Assembly (NCBI GenBank): GCA_030390025.1
Contig: CM059429.1
Coordinates: 54,746,001-54,810,000, forward strand
Direction: 5' to 3'
DNA from: Squalus acanthias
Taxonomy: Eukaryota
DNA: 64,000 nucleotides
Made by a program: the position numbers and the translations under genes
Shown: positions 9,891-21,084 of the stretch, piece by piece
How the letters are laid out: each line of letters starts with the position of its first letter
How positions within the stretch are numbered: position 1 is the first letter of the stretch
The notes under the pieces: model-generated
Databases searched by the model: none
Seen by the model: only the letters and a program-made list of their open reading frames with translations
What the model was told of the DNA's origin: nothing

Positions 9891-12800
9891 CGACATAGGT
9901 AGAACTGGGAATTAAGTTCTGCTGAGGGAGTTTGAGGAGCTAGGATCCAAATTAAAAAGCAGAACCTCAAAGGTAAGAATCTCTGGATTGTTACCTGAGC
10001 CACGTGCAAATTGGCATAGGGACAAACAGATTAGAGGTTTAAATGCGTGGCTCAGATTGGTGTGGGAGGAAGGGGTTTCAGTTCATGGGGTACTGGCACC
10101 AGTACTGGGGAAAGAGGGAGCTATTCTGTTGGGACGGGCTCCACTTAAACCGGGCTGGGACCAGTGTCCTGGTGAACTGAATAACTAGGGCAGTAGACAG
10201 GGCTTTAAACTAATGAAGGGCAGGTGGGAGGATTCATGAAAGAGTAAATTTTAAATCAGCGAGAGAAATGTCAAGGCTCTGGCGCAGAGTAGAGTTTTGG
10301 GTAAAAATAAGCAGAGTGGGTCAGGAAGGGACAGAGAGAGTAACAAAGGTAATAAGGCATTAGTGACTAAGGTGACATCAGGGAAAAATAAAAATAAGTC
10401 AAAGCTAAAGGCACTATTTCTGAATGCGCGAAGCATTCGCAACAAAATAGATGAATTAATAGCGCAGATAGAAATTAACAGGTTTGATCTCATAGCCATT
10501 ACGGAGACGTGGTTGCAAAATGGCCAAGGTTGGAAACTAAATATTCCAGGATACTTAACTTTTAGAAGAGATAGGCAAAATGGAAAAGGAGGAGGGGTAG
10601 CCCTGATAATAAAGGATGGGATAAAGACAGTAGAGAAAAAGGATCTTCGCTCCGAAAATCAAGGTGAAACTAAGAAACAGCAAGGGGCAGAAAATATTGG
10701 TGGGAGTTGTTTATGGGCCCCCAAACAGTAGTTGTAATGTAGGGCAGAGTATAAATCAGGAAATTAGAGGCACATGTAACAAGGGTAATACAAGAATCAT
10801 GGGACACTTTTATCTACATTTAGACTGGGCAAACCAAATTTGCAGTAACAGTGTGGAGGACGAAGTCATGGAATGTAGGCAAGATAGTTTTCTAGATCAG
10901 TATGTTGAGGAACCAACTAGGGAACAAGCTATTTTAGATCTAGTATTGTGCAATGAGAAAGGGTTAATTAATAACCTTGTAGTAAAGGGGCCTTTAGGGA
11001 AGAGTGACCGTAATATGATAGAATTTTATATTGAGTTTGAAAGTGATTTAGTTAAATCAAAACTAGGGTCTTAAATCTAAAGAAAGCAAACTACGTAGAT
11101 ATGAGGGGCGAGTTGGCTAAGGTAGATTGGGAAACTACATTAAAAGGTATGGCGGTAGAGAAGCAATGGCTAGCATTTAAAGAATTAATACATAATTTAC
11201 AACAAATATACATTCCTTTAAGGCACAAAAACCCCACAAGAAAAGTGGTCCAACTGTGGCTAACAAGAGAAGTTACAGATAGTATTAGATCAAAGGAAGA
11301 GGCTCATAATGTTGCCAAAAAGAGCAGTAAGCCTGAGGATTGGGAGGATTTTAGAATTCAGCAAAGGAGCACCAAAAAATTGATAAAGAAAGGGAAAATA
11401 GAATATGAGAGTAAACTAGCGAGAGACATAAAAACAGACTGTAAAAGCTTCTATAGGTATGTAAAAAGGAAAAGATTAGCAAAAATAAACGGGGGTCCCT
11501 TACAGGCTGAGACAGGAGAAATTATAATGTGGAATAAGGAAATGGCAAAGAAATTAAACAAATACTTTGGTCGGGATCTTACCTGAAGAGGCGCATTGGG
11601 GCAGGACTGCTGCATTTCAGGTTCTAGTCCCGCCCCCAGCGACGTCCGATGCACAGACGCTATTTTGCGTCAGTTGGCCTTGTTAAGCCCGCCCTGCGGG
11701 CTTGCCGGCCAATTAAGAGAAAGCCGGTGTCAGACGAAGTCAGTTGATGACGCGTCATCTGCTGGTTTTCTTAAAGGGGCCACCACCATTTCTTTTTGAG
11801 AGATGATTTTTTCAGTGTTTGACAACATTGAGGTGCTGCAAACACTGACAATCACTGTACAAAGGTGAACCTTGCTCCCAGGCTCTCCAGTGACTCTCTC
11901 CTTAGGCTAAAACAGATGGCAGCTGCAGGTGAGGTTACAGAAGCGATCTGTCACTGGTGAGAGAGGTTCTCCCAATGAGGTGGGACTACACAAACACTTC
12001 AAAGCTTGTCATGTACAGAAAATTCGAAACACATTAAAAATGACTTTCCCAACATTTTCTTATCTCTGCAACTCACCAGTGTCCCATTGGATCCTTCACA
12101 CTACTTCTGCAGCTGTCATCTATACACAAACATTACAGTAGACCCCCAGCACACCACACTTACCCTGCCGGGGTTTCTCGATGTCGGGAAGCTCGCAGTA
12201 GAAGTGTCAAAATTGGAAAAAGCTTCTTAACTGCCTGTTAACTATCTTTTAACAAGCAGTTAAGTGGCTATAATCCTCTTCCCGCCGCTGGGAGTCGGGT
12301 CCCTGCGCAAATCGGGGACCCAACTCCCGGGAAGATTGATTGGAGATGGGTTGGAAGCGGGTTCAGGACCGGCTGCCAATCTTTTTTGATTTTGCCAGCT
12401 GTCCCGCCTCCAAGCCCGACCCCTGATCCCCCCCAAAGTGTCTGTCTTCACGGAAGAAGATGCAAAAAACTTCCCGGAAATAGTGGAGAACCAAGGGTCT
12501 AGCGAGAATGAAGAACTGAAAGAAATTAGTATTAGTAAAAAAAAGTACTGGAGAAATTAATGGGACTGAAAGCCGATAAATCCCCTGGACCTGATGGCCT
12601 ACATCCTAAGATTTTGAAAGAGGTGGCTATAGAAATAGTGGATGCATTGGTTGTCATTGTCCAAAATTCCATAGATTCTAGAACGGTTCCTGCGGATTGG
12701 AAGGTAGCAAATGTAATCCCACTATTTAAGAAAGGAGGGAGAGAGAAAACGGGGAACTACAGACCAGTTAGCCTGACATCAGTAGCAGGGAAAATGCTAG

Positions 12801-14093
12801 AATCTATTATTAGGGATGGGGGTAACAGAGCACTCAGAAAATAATAATAGGATTAGGCAGAGTCAACACAGATTCATGAAAGGGAAATCGTGTTTGACGA
12901 GTTTTTTGAGGTTGTAACTAGCAGAATAGATAAGGGGGAACCAGTGGATGTGGTGTATTTGGATTTTCAGAAGGCATTCGATAAGGTGCCACACAAGAGG
13001 TTATTAAACAAAATTAGGGCTCATGGGATTGGGATAATATACTAGCATGGATTGAGGATTGGTTAATGGACAGAAAACAGAGGGTAGGAATAAACGGGTC
13101 TTTTTCGGGTTGGCAAGCTGTAACTAATGGGGTACCGCAAGGATCAGTGCTTGGGCCTCAGCTATTCACAATCTACATCAATGATTTGGATGAGGGGACC
13201 AAATGTAATATATCGAAGTTTGCTGATGATACAAAGCTGGGTGGGAATGTAAGTTGTGAGGAGGATGCAAGGAGGCTTCAAGGGGATATAAACAAGCTAA
13301 GTGAGTGAAGAACATGGCAAATGGAATATAATGTGGAGAAATGTGAAGTTATTCACTTTGATAGGAAAAATAGAAAAGCAGACTATTTTTTAAATGGTGA
13401 GAGATTGGGAAATGTTGGTGTTCAGAGGGACCTGGGTGTTCTTGAACACGAATCACTGAAAGTTAACATGTAGGTATAGCAAGCAATTAGGAAAGCAAAT
13501 GGTATGTTGGCCTTTATTCCAAGAGGATTTGACTAGAAGAGTAAAGACGTCTTACTACAATTATATAGGGCCCTGGTGAGATCACACCTGGAGTATTGTG
13601 TACAGCTTTGGTCTCCTTACCTAAGAAATAATATACTTGCCATAGAGGGAGTGCAACGAAGGTTCACCAGACTGGTTCCTGGGATGGGGGGATTGTCCTA
13701 TGAGGAGAGATTGAGTAGACTAGACCTATATTCTCCAGAGTTTAGAAGAATGAGAGGTAATCTCATTGAAACATACAAAATTCTTAGAGCTTGACAGGGT
13801 AGGTGGAGGGAGGATGTTTCCCCTGGCTGGGGAGCCGAGAACTCGGGGTCACAGTCTCAGAATAAAGGGTTGGCCATTTAGGACTGAGACGAGGAGAAAT
13901 TTCTTCATTCAAAGGGTGGTGAATCTTGGGAATTCTCTACCCCAGAGGGCTGTGGAGGCTCAGTCGTTGAGTATATTCAAGACAGAGATCGATAGATTTT
14001 TGAATATTAAGGGAATCAAGGGATATGGGGCTAGTGCAAGTAAGTGGAGTTGAGGTAGAAGATCAGCCATGATCTTATTGAATGGCAGAGCAG
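9891..14093 (+). mobile_element. CR1 LINE (end of ORF1, decayed ORF2, 3'UTR; tail resumes at 15523)
   Basis: LFLNARSIRNK/AITETW endonuclease, RT motifs, 3'UTR gatcagccatgatc; many stops and frameshifts. Confidence 0.93.
11569..12437 (+). mobile_element. non-autonomous Harbinger-like element (one end truncated), same family as 15702-16545 in opposite orientation
   Basis: interrupts CR1 ORF2; shares ttgttaagcccgcc..gcgggctt and aactgcctgttaact blocks with the reverse complement of 15702-16545. Confidence 0.65.
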
Positions 14094-15522
14094 TTCACAA
14101 TTTACATTAATGACCTGGATCAGGGAGTCGGATGCAGCATTTCCAAATTTGCAGACGACACTAAACTAGGAGGGGGGGTGGGCTCAGAGGAGGAGACCAG
14201 GAAGCTCCAGAGCGATTTGGACAGACTGGGTGATTGGGCGGATAAATGGCAGATGCACTATAATGTGGACAAGTGCGAAGTTATCCACCTTGGGTGCAGG
14301 AACGGGAGGGCAAATTATTATTTAAATGGCAATAAATTGGGAGAGGGGGAAGTACAGAGAGACCTGGGTGTTCTTGTACACCAGTCACTGAAGGCGAGCA
14401 TGCAGGTGCAACAGGCGGTCAAGAAGGCAAACGGTATGCTGGCCTTCATAGCAAAAGGGTTGGAATACAGGAACAGGGATACCTTGCTGCAGCTGTACAG
14501 GGCACTGGTGAGAACACACCTCGAGTACTGTGTACAGTTTTGGTCGCCTCATCTGAGGAAAGATGTTCTTGCCATGGAGGGGGTGCAGCGGCGATTCACC
14601 AGGCTGATACCAGGAATGGCGGGATTGACCTATGAGGAGAGACTATGTAGTTTAGGGATGTACACACTGGAGTTTAGAAGATTGAGAGGGGACCTCATAG
14701 AAGTGTATAAAATTCTGACAGGTCTAGACGGACTAGATGCAGAAGGAATGTTTCCCTTGGCGGGTGAGAACAGAACTAGAGGACATAATTTAAGGATAAG
14801 GGCTAAACCATTTAGGACAGAAATGAGGGGGAATTTCTTCACTCAGAGGGTGGTGAACCTGTGGAACTCATTGCCACAGAGGGCAGTGTACGCCAGCTCA
14901 TTAAATATATTTAAGAGGGAATTAGATATATTTCTACAGGCAAAAGGGGTTAAGGGTTACGGAGAGAAGGCGGGGACGGGATACTGAATTGGAGGATCAG
15001 CCATGATCTCATTAAATGGGCAACACGGTGGCATAGTGGTTAGCACTGGTGCCTCACAGCGCCAGAGACCCGGGTTCGAATCTGACCTCGGGTGACTGTC
15101 TGTGTGGAGTTTGCACATTCTCCCCGTGTCTGCGTGGGTTTCCTCCGGGTGCTCCGGTTTCCTCCCACTGTCCAAAAAATGTGCGGGTTAGGTTGATTTG
15201 GCTATGATAAATTGACCCTTAGTGTTAGGGGGGGATTAAATATGTGGGGTTATGGGGATAGGATGGGATATGTTAGGGGAATTAAATACGTGGGGTTACG
15301 GGGCTCGGGTGGGATATGTGTACTGTGGGGATTAAAGCAGGGACAGGGTACTGGATTTTGAATGATCAGCCATGATCATATTGAATGGTGGTGCAGGCTC
15401 GACGGGCCGAATGGCCTACTCCTGCTCCTAGATTCTATGTTTCTATGTAAATGGCGGAGCAGGCTCGAAGGGCCGGATGGCCTACTCCTGCTCCTATCTT
15501 CTATGTATCTATGTATCTATGT
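14094..15522 (+). mobile_element. 5'-truncated young CR1 (HER1-like) inserted in the 3'UTR of another CR1
   Basis: open RT C-terminus to stop at 14987; AGCAG TSD at 14089-14093 and 15523-15527; ctatgt-type microsatellite tail. Confidence 0.9.
15018..15448 (+). mobile_element. HE1-like tRNA-derived V-SINE with CR1-derived tail
   Basis: A box TGGCATAGTGG, B box GGTTCGAATC, V-domain ctgtgtggagtttgcacattctccccgtgtctgcgtgggtttcc; AAATGG TSD. Confidence 0.9.
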
Positions 15523-15544
15523 AGCAGGCTTGAAGGGCCAAATA

Positions 15545-17330
15545 GAGTCATAACGGCACAGAAGGAGGCCATTCGGCCCATCGAGTCCGTGCTGGCTCTC
15601 TGCAGAGCAATCCAGTCAGTCCCATTCCCCCGCTCTATCTCAGTAGCCCTGCAGGTTTATTTCCCTCAAGTGCCTATTCAGTCTCCCCTTGAAAACATTG
15701 AGGGCTCAATTTTCACCGGCCCATGGAGGTGGGAATGGAGGCGTGTGGGGTGTGAAAACAGCAGATTCGGGGGTCCCGAACCCATCCCGCCCCCAACCCG
15801 CCTCCATGCCAGTTTCCCAGGAGGCGGGTACGCGACCTGTGCTGGGACCCGCCTCTCCGAGGCGGGAAGGGGATTAGTGCCAATAAACTGCCAATAAACA
15901 GGTAGTTAACAGGCAGTTTTTTGCCTAATCCCTATTTTTAGCCCTGAAGTGTGGGCTTCCCGACAGGTCCGAACCATGCCGATTTAGCGAGGCGGACCGT
16001 CAGTCTGGAGGGCTTGGAGGGGTCGAGATGTCTGGTGTGCAGGTGAGTGATGGGTGCATGAGTGCAGAGGTAAGTGTGTTTGGTGTGTGTAAAGTGTTTT
16101 AAGAACTTTTACTTACCTTAACTTTGTCCTGCAGGCTTCCTCCCTTCAGTTCTCGGGAGTCCCTCAGCTCACCGGCACAGAAAGCAGAATGGCCGCGGAG
16201 CTGTCAAAAGTTGCAGTCTCTGCTTTCTGTGCTGGATTGATTTCGAACTGAGTCTAAGTACAGGGACTCAAGTTAGAAATCATATTGTCAGTGTTTGACA
16301 GCTTCACAGAGCTGTCAAACGCTGAAATTTCATCTGTCGAAAGCTCTTGACAGATGAAATTTCAATGGCTGACATCACCTGTATCCAAGGGACCCTTGAT
16401 TGGCCTGCTAAGCCCGCTGGGCGGGCTTAACAAGGTCAACCAAGGGAAAATACAGTGGGTTGGCCACAAGTCGATGGAGGCGGGACTACAACCCTAAAAG
16501 TGGGAGTCCCGCCTCCATCACGTCCCCATTGACAAAATCGAGCCCTTAGTGTCTCCGCTTCCACCACTTCTGTCGGCAGCGAATTCCAGGTCATCACCAC
16601 TCGCTACGTAAAAAAGTTTTTCCTCACCTCCCCCCTGTATCTCTTGCCCAAAACCTTAAATCTGTGTCCCCTAGTCCTTGTACCATCAACTAGTGGGAAC
16701 AGCCTTTCCCCATCTAGTCTATCCAAACCCGTCATAATCTTGTATACCTCTATCAAATCACCCCTCAACCTCCTTTGCTCTAATGAAAACAAATCCAGCT
16801 TCTCCAACCTGTCCTTGTAGCTAAGATCCCCCATCCCCGGAACCATTCTGGTAAATCTCCTCTGCACCCTCTCAAGGGCCTTCACACCCTTCCTAAAGTG
16901 TGGTGACCAGAACTGGACGCAATACTCCAGTTGTGGCCTAACCAGCGCTTTATAAAGGTTCAGCATAAGTTCTCTACTTTTGTACTCAATACCTCTATTT
17001 ATGAAACTCAAGATCCCATATGCTTTGCTAACCACTCTCTCAATATGTCCTGCCACCTTCAGGGACCTATGCACATTAACTCCCAGGTCCCTCTGTCCCT
17101 GCACACTCTTTAAAACTGTGCCATTAAGTGTACATTGCCTATCCCTGTTCCTTCTGCCAAAATGCATCACCTCACACTTCTCTGTATTAAATTCCATCTG
17201 CCACTTGTCTGCCCATTCTGCTAGCCTTTCTATGTCCTGTTGCAGTTGATTGGTATCATCATCACTGTTTACCAGATTCCCAAGTTTGGTGTCATTGGCA
17301 AATTTAGAAATTCTACTCTGTATTCCAATA
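15545..17330 (-). mobile_element. CR1 LINE 3' part (second subfamily)
   Basis: ORF 16604-17197 is RT C-terminus (LEYCVQFWSP, RTRGH); 3'UTR toward 15545. Confidence 0.9.
15702..16545. mobile_element. non-autonomous Harbinger-type element/MITE
   Basis: TIRs GGGCTCAATTTT/AAAATCGAGCCC; flanks TGA/TTA; interrupts CR1 3' region; internal palindromes. Confidence 0.8.
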
Positions 17331-18333
17331 TCTTCTAAACTGGAATAGGGCTAACTTCAATGGGATGGGAAAGGATCTAGCCAGGGTAAAATGGAACCAA
17401 AGACTGACAGGAAAAACTGTAACGGAACAATGGGTGATCTTTAAGGAGGAGATGTTCCAAGTACAGGCTAGGTACATTCCAACAAGAGGGAGGGGTAAGG
17501 GAACCAAAGCAAGGGCTCCTTGGATGACGAGGGAGATTGAGAAGATGATGAGAAAAAAAGAGGGTGTATGATGCATGTCAGGTGAATTTTTCAAGGGAGA
17601 ACCAGACCAAATACAATAAGTTGAAAGAGGATGTCAAGATGAAAATAAGATTGGCAAAGAGAGAAAATGAGAGTAGAATGGCAGTTAACATAAAAGGGAA
17701 CCAAAAAATCTTCTACTGGCATGTAAACAGTAAGCGGGTAGTAAGAGGCGGGGTGGGGCATATTAGAGACAAAGAAGGTGATATATGCTTAGAGGCGCAA
17801 GGCAAGGCTAGAATACTCAATGAGTACTTTGTATCGGTGTTTACTAAGGAGGTGGATGCTGACAAAATATCGGTAGAAGTGGAAAAGGTAGAAGCAATGG
17901 AAGGAGTGAAAATAGACAGGATGCACTAGAAAGGCTGGGTATGCTTAGGCTGGTCAGTTTAACATCAGTGGTAGGTAAAGTTTTAGAAACAATAATCAAG
18001 GAAAAAATTAACGGGCACTTGGAGAGGTTTAAGCTCATTAAGGAGAGCCAACACGGATTTGTAAATGGCAGATTGTGTTTGACTAATCTAATTGAATTTT
18101 TTGATGAAGTAACAGAGAGGATTGATGAAGGGAATGCAATGGATGTTGTCTACATGGATTTTCGGAAGGCGTTTGACAAAGTATCACATCGAAGGCTGGT
18201 TAACAAAATTGAGTCTCATGGAATAGGTGGGTCAGTGGCAGCTTGGATAAGATATTGGCTTAAGGACTGAAAACAGCGAGTTGTGGTAAATGGCTGTTTT
18301 TCAGAATGGAAGATGGTAAACAGTGGTGTTCCC
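17331..18333 (+). mobile_element. inverted upstream segment of the same CR1 subfamily (linker to RT GVP motif)
   Basis: APWM, VSLTSVVGK, YMDFRKAFDKV, ends at SGVP; internal deletion at ~17950. Confidence 0.85.
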
Positions 18334-19720
18334 CTATCTGATATGGTACTACTTCCGCCTCTAGTGCTACTTTCTTCTCTAGTACTATCCAACACACTCA
18401 CTCTTTTATGCACCTTATTCCTCTTTTCCACTTCTATATGCTGGTGCCCATCCCCCTGCCAAGCTAGTTTAAACCCTCCCCAACAGCACTAACAAACCTC
18501 CCAGCGAGAATATTGGTCCTGGCTCTGTTGAGGCGTAACCCGTCCGGCTTGTACAGGTCCCACCTTCCCCAGAAATGGTCCCAATGCCTCAGGAATCTAA
18601 ATCCCTCCTTCCTGCACCATCTCTCCAGCCACGCATTCATCTGTTCTATCCTCCTATTTCTGTACTCACCCCCGGTGCTACGTGCTAGTAATCCGGAGAT
18701 TACTACCTTTGAGGTCCTGCTTTTTAATCTCTCTCCTAGCCCCCTAAACTCTGCCTGCGGGACCTCATCCCTCTTTCTGCCTCTTGTTGGTACCGATATG
18801 GACAACGACCTCTGGCTGTTCACCCTCCCCCCTCAGAGTGTCCTGCAGCCGCTCAGTGACATTCTTGACCCTGGCACCAGGGAGGCAACATACTATCCTG
18901 GAGTCATGTCTACGGCCGCAGGAACGCCTATCTGCTCCCCTAACTATCGAATATCCTACCACTATTGCTCTTCCACTCTTTTTTTCTTCCCCCCTGTGCA
19001 GCTGAGCCACCCATGGACTTGTCTCTGGCTGCACTCCCCAGAGGAACCATCGCCCTCACCAATACTCAGAACAGAATACTGGTTGGAGAGCGCGATACAC
19101 TGCGGGGACTGCTGCACTACCTGCCTGGTCCTCCTCTTCTGTCTGGCGGTCACCCATTCCCTCTCTGCCTGCATACTCTTAAGCTGCGGGGTGACCACCT
19201 CTAGAAACGTGCTATCCACGTAACTCTCAGCCTCGCGGATGCACCGCAGTGACTCCAGCCGCCGCTCAAGCTCCGAAACCCGGAGCTCGAGTTGCTGTAG
19301 CTGGCGACACATCCCACACATGTGGTTGTCCAGGATACGCGAAGCACAGGATGTGCACTCCACGGGACTGAGCTGACCTGCCATGCCTCTATTTAATAGA
19401 CTAAGCACTAACCCAGCCGAAATAAACTTAAAACTTAACAAAAAAAACTACCCAGGTACTCCCCAGCTACTCACCAATCAGCTCTTTCCCTCTATTTAAT
19501 AGGCTATTAACTAACTTAGCAGAAATAAATTTATAAACGTAAAAAAAAATACACTCACCAGCTAATCACCAATCAGCTCCTTCCCTTGTGCAGACGTCAC
19601 TTTTTTTACTCTGATATCACTTTTTCAAAAACTGCCTCTGTTGAGTTGCTGCCGCTCCTTTTAACTGCTCCACTTTCGCTGTGCTCCCTCCAGGTCCGCT
19701 CCTTCTGGTCTCCTGCTGCT
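18334..19720 (-). mobile_element. CR1 5'UTR and ORF1 (zinc finger/coiled-coil plus SGNH esterase), decayed
   Basis: VECTSC..CGMC, LELRVSELERRL, IVVGYSIVRG, CLPGARV, VVVHIGTN, DGLRLN. Confidence 0.88.
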
Positions 19721-19769
19721 ATTTCTCATCTTCTTATGAGACCAGCAATGCAACTCACATCAAAGATAA

Positions 19770-20157
19770 AACTGACTTAATTTTAAAATTCTCATTCTTG
19801 TTTTCAAATCTCTCTGTGGTTTCGTCCATCCCTGTCTCTGTAATTTCCTCCAGCCCTGCAACCTTCCGAGAACTCTGCGCCCCTCCAATTCAAGCCTCTT
19901 GTGCATCCCTGATTTTCATCGCTCCACCATTGGCGACTGTGCCTTTGGCTGCCTAGGCCCTCAGCTCTGGAATTCCCTCTCACAACTTCTCTGCCTCTAT
20001 GCCTCTCTCTCCTGCTTTAAGAAGCTCTTCAAAACCTACCTGTCCTAATATCTCCTTATGTGGTTGTGTCAAACTTTTGTTTAGTAGTACTCCTGTGTTG
20101 TGCTTTGCGATGTTTTACTACGTTAAAGGCAATATATAAATGCAAGTTGTTGTTGTT
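19770..20157 (+). mobile_element. L2 LINE 3' end
   Basis: ctctggaattccct..ctttaagaagctcttcaaaacctacc; tail tatataaatgcaagttgttgttg. Confidence 0.8.
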
Positions 20158-21084
20158 CCACTGCCAGGAAGGTCTGAGTTTCATATTGCAATTTCAAGTT
20201 TAAAATGCTCTGATTTCATTGCCCCTTATTACACCTTATAAAGTACACCTTATAAATGAACTCCTAAATATGAGAAATGTTACATTATCTGGTTCATGTC
20301 CACAAATCTGAGCCTAGGTCTTACCTTAATTATTCTTCTAGAAGTACATTATTATTATGATAAGTCAGCCAGTGCATTATCTTCTGTCAGCCTATGGAAC
20401 TCCCTGCCTGCAGTGTTAATCCGCATTCTTACCCACATATAAATAGTTTGTACTTGGTTATTACTGTGCTTTATTCACAATTATTTCATTAAGACTGATT
20501 GATTGTAATTCCCACACTAGTTACTTTAGTTTCTATAACATTTATTGTAACTATGCTAAATATTTTGCTGGAAGATTGTGGGGTGCTGTCGTTGACAATA
20601 TTTATTGTTATCGTGCAAATTTTACATTTTCCTGCTTTGCATGTGATGATTTTTAGTCACATCATTTGATAACTAGAAATTCTGGTGAAAAACTGATCAA
20701 ATTTGCTCCTCAAACATTTACAATTTTTTTTTAAAGTCTTGTTTCTAATGATGTATAGCAAGTTCATGACAGTATCCTGGAATGTACAGATGCAATGCTT
20801 GGAGGTATTGCACATACAAATCAGACCTCATGCAAGATATGCGGTCCTTTGCATGCTTCCATTTTGTATCATTAATTATATCCATTGCCACACAAGGTCA
20901 GAGTTTTCCCATTATTACTGTTTCTTAAATGATTCCAGGATTTTTGCCTTCATTACCCTACTTGAAAGTCCATTCCATGTGTTCATTACTTTTTGTGTGA
21001 AGTAAGAACTTCCTGCCATTGATTCCTAAGTTTCAATCTGTGCCCCCTTATTCTACTGTCATGATTGAGTTTGAAGCACTGCGT

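Noticed and set aside
15018-15090. tRNA gene (also at 35334)
   Set aside because: A/B boxes are the head of a SINE followed by V-domain and LINE tail
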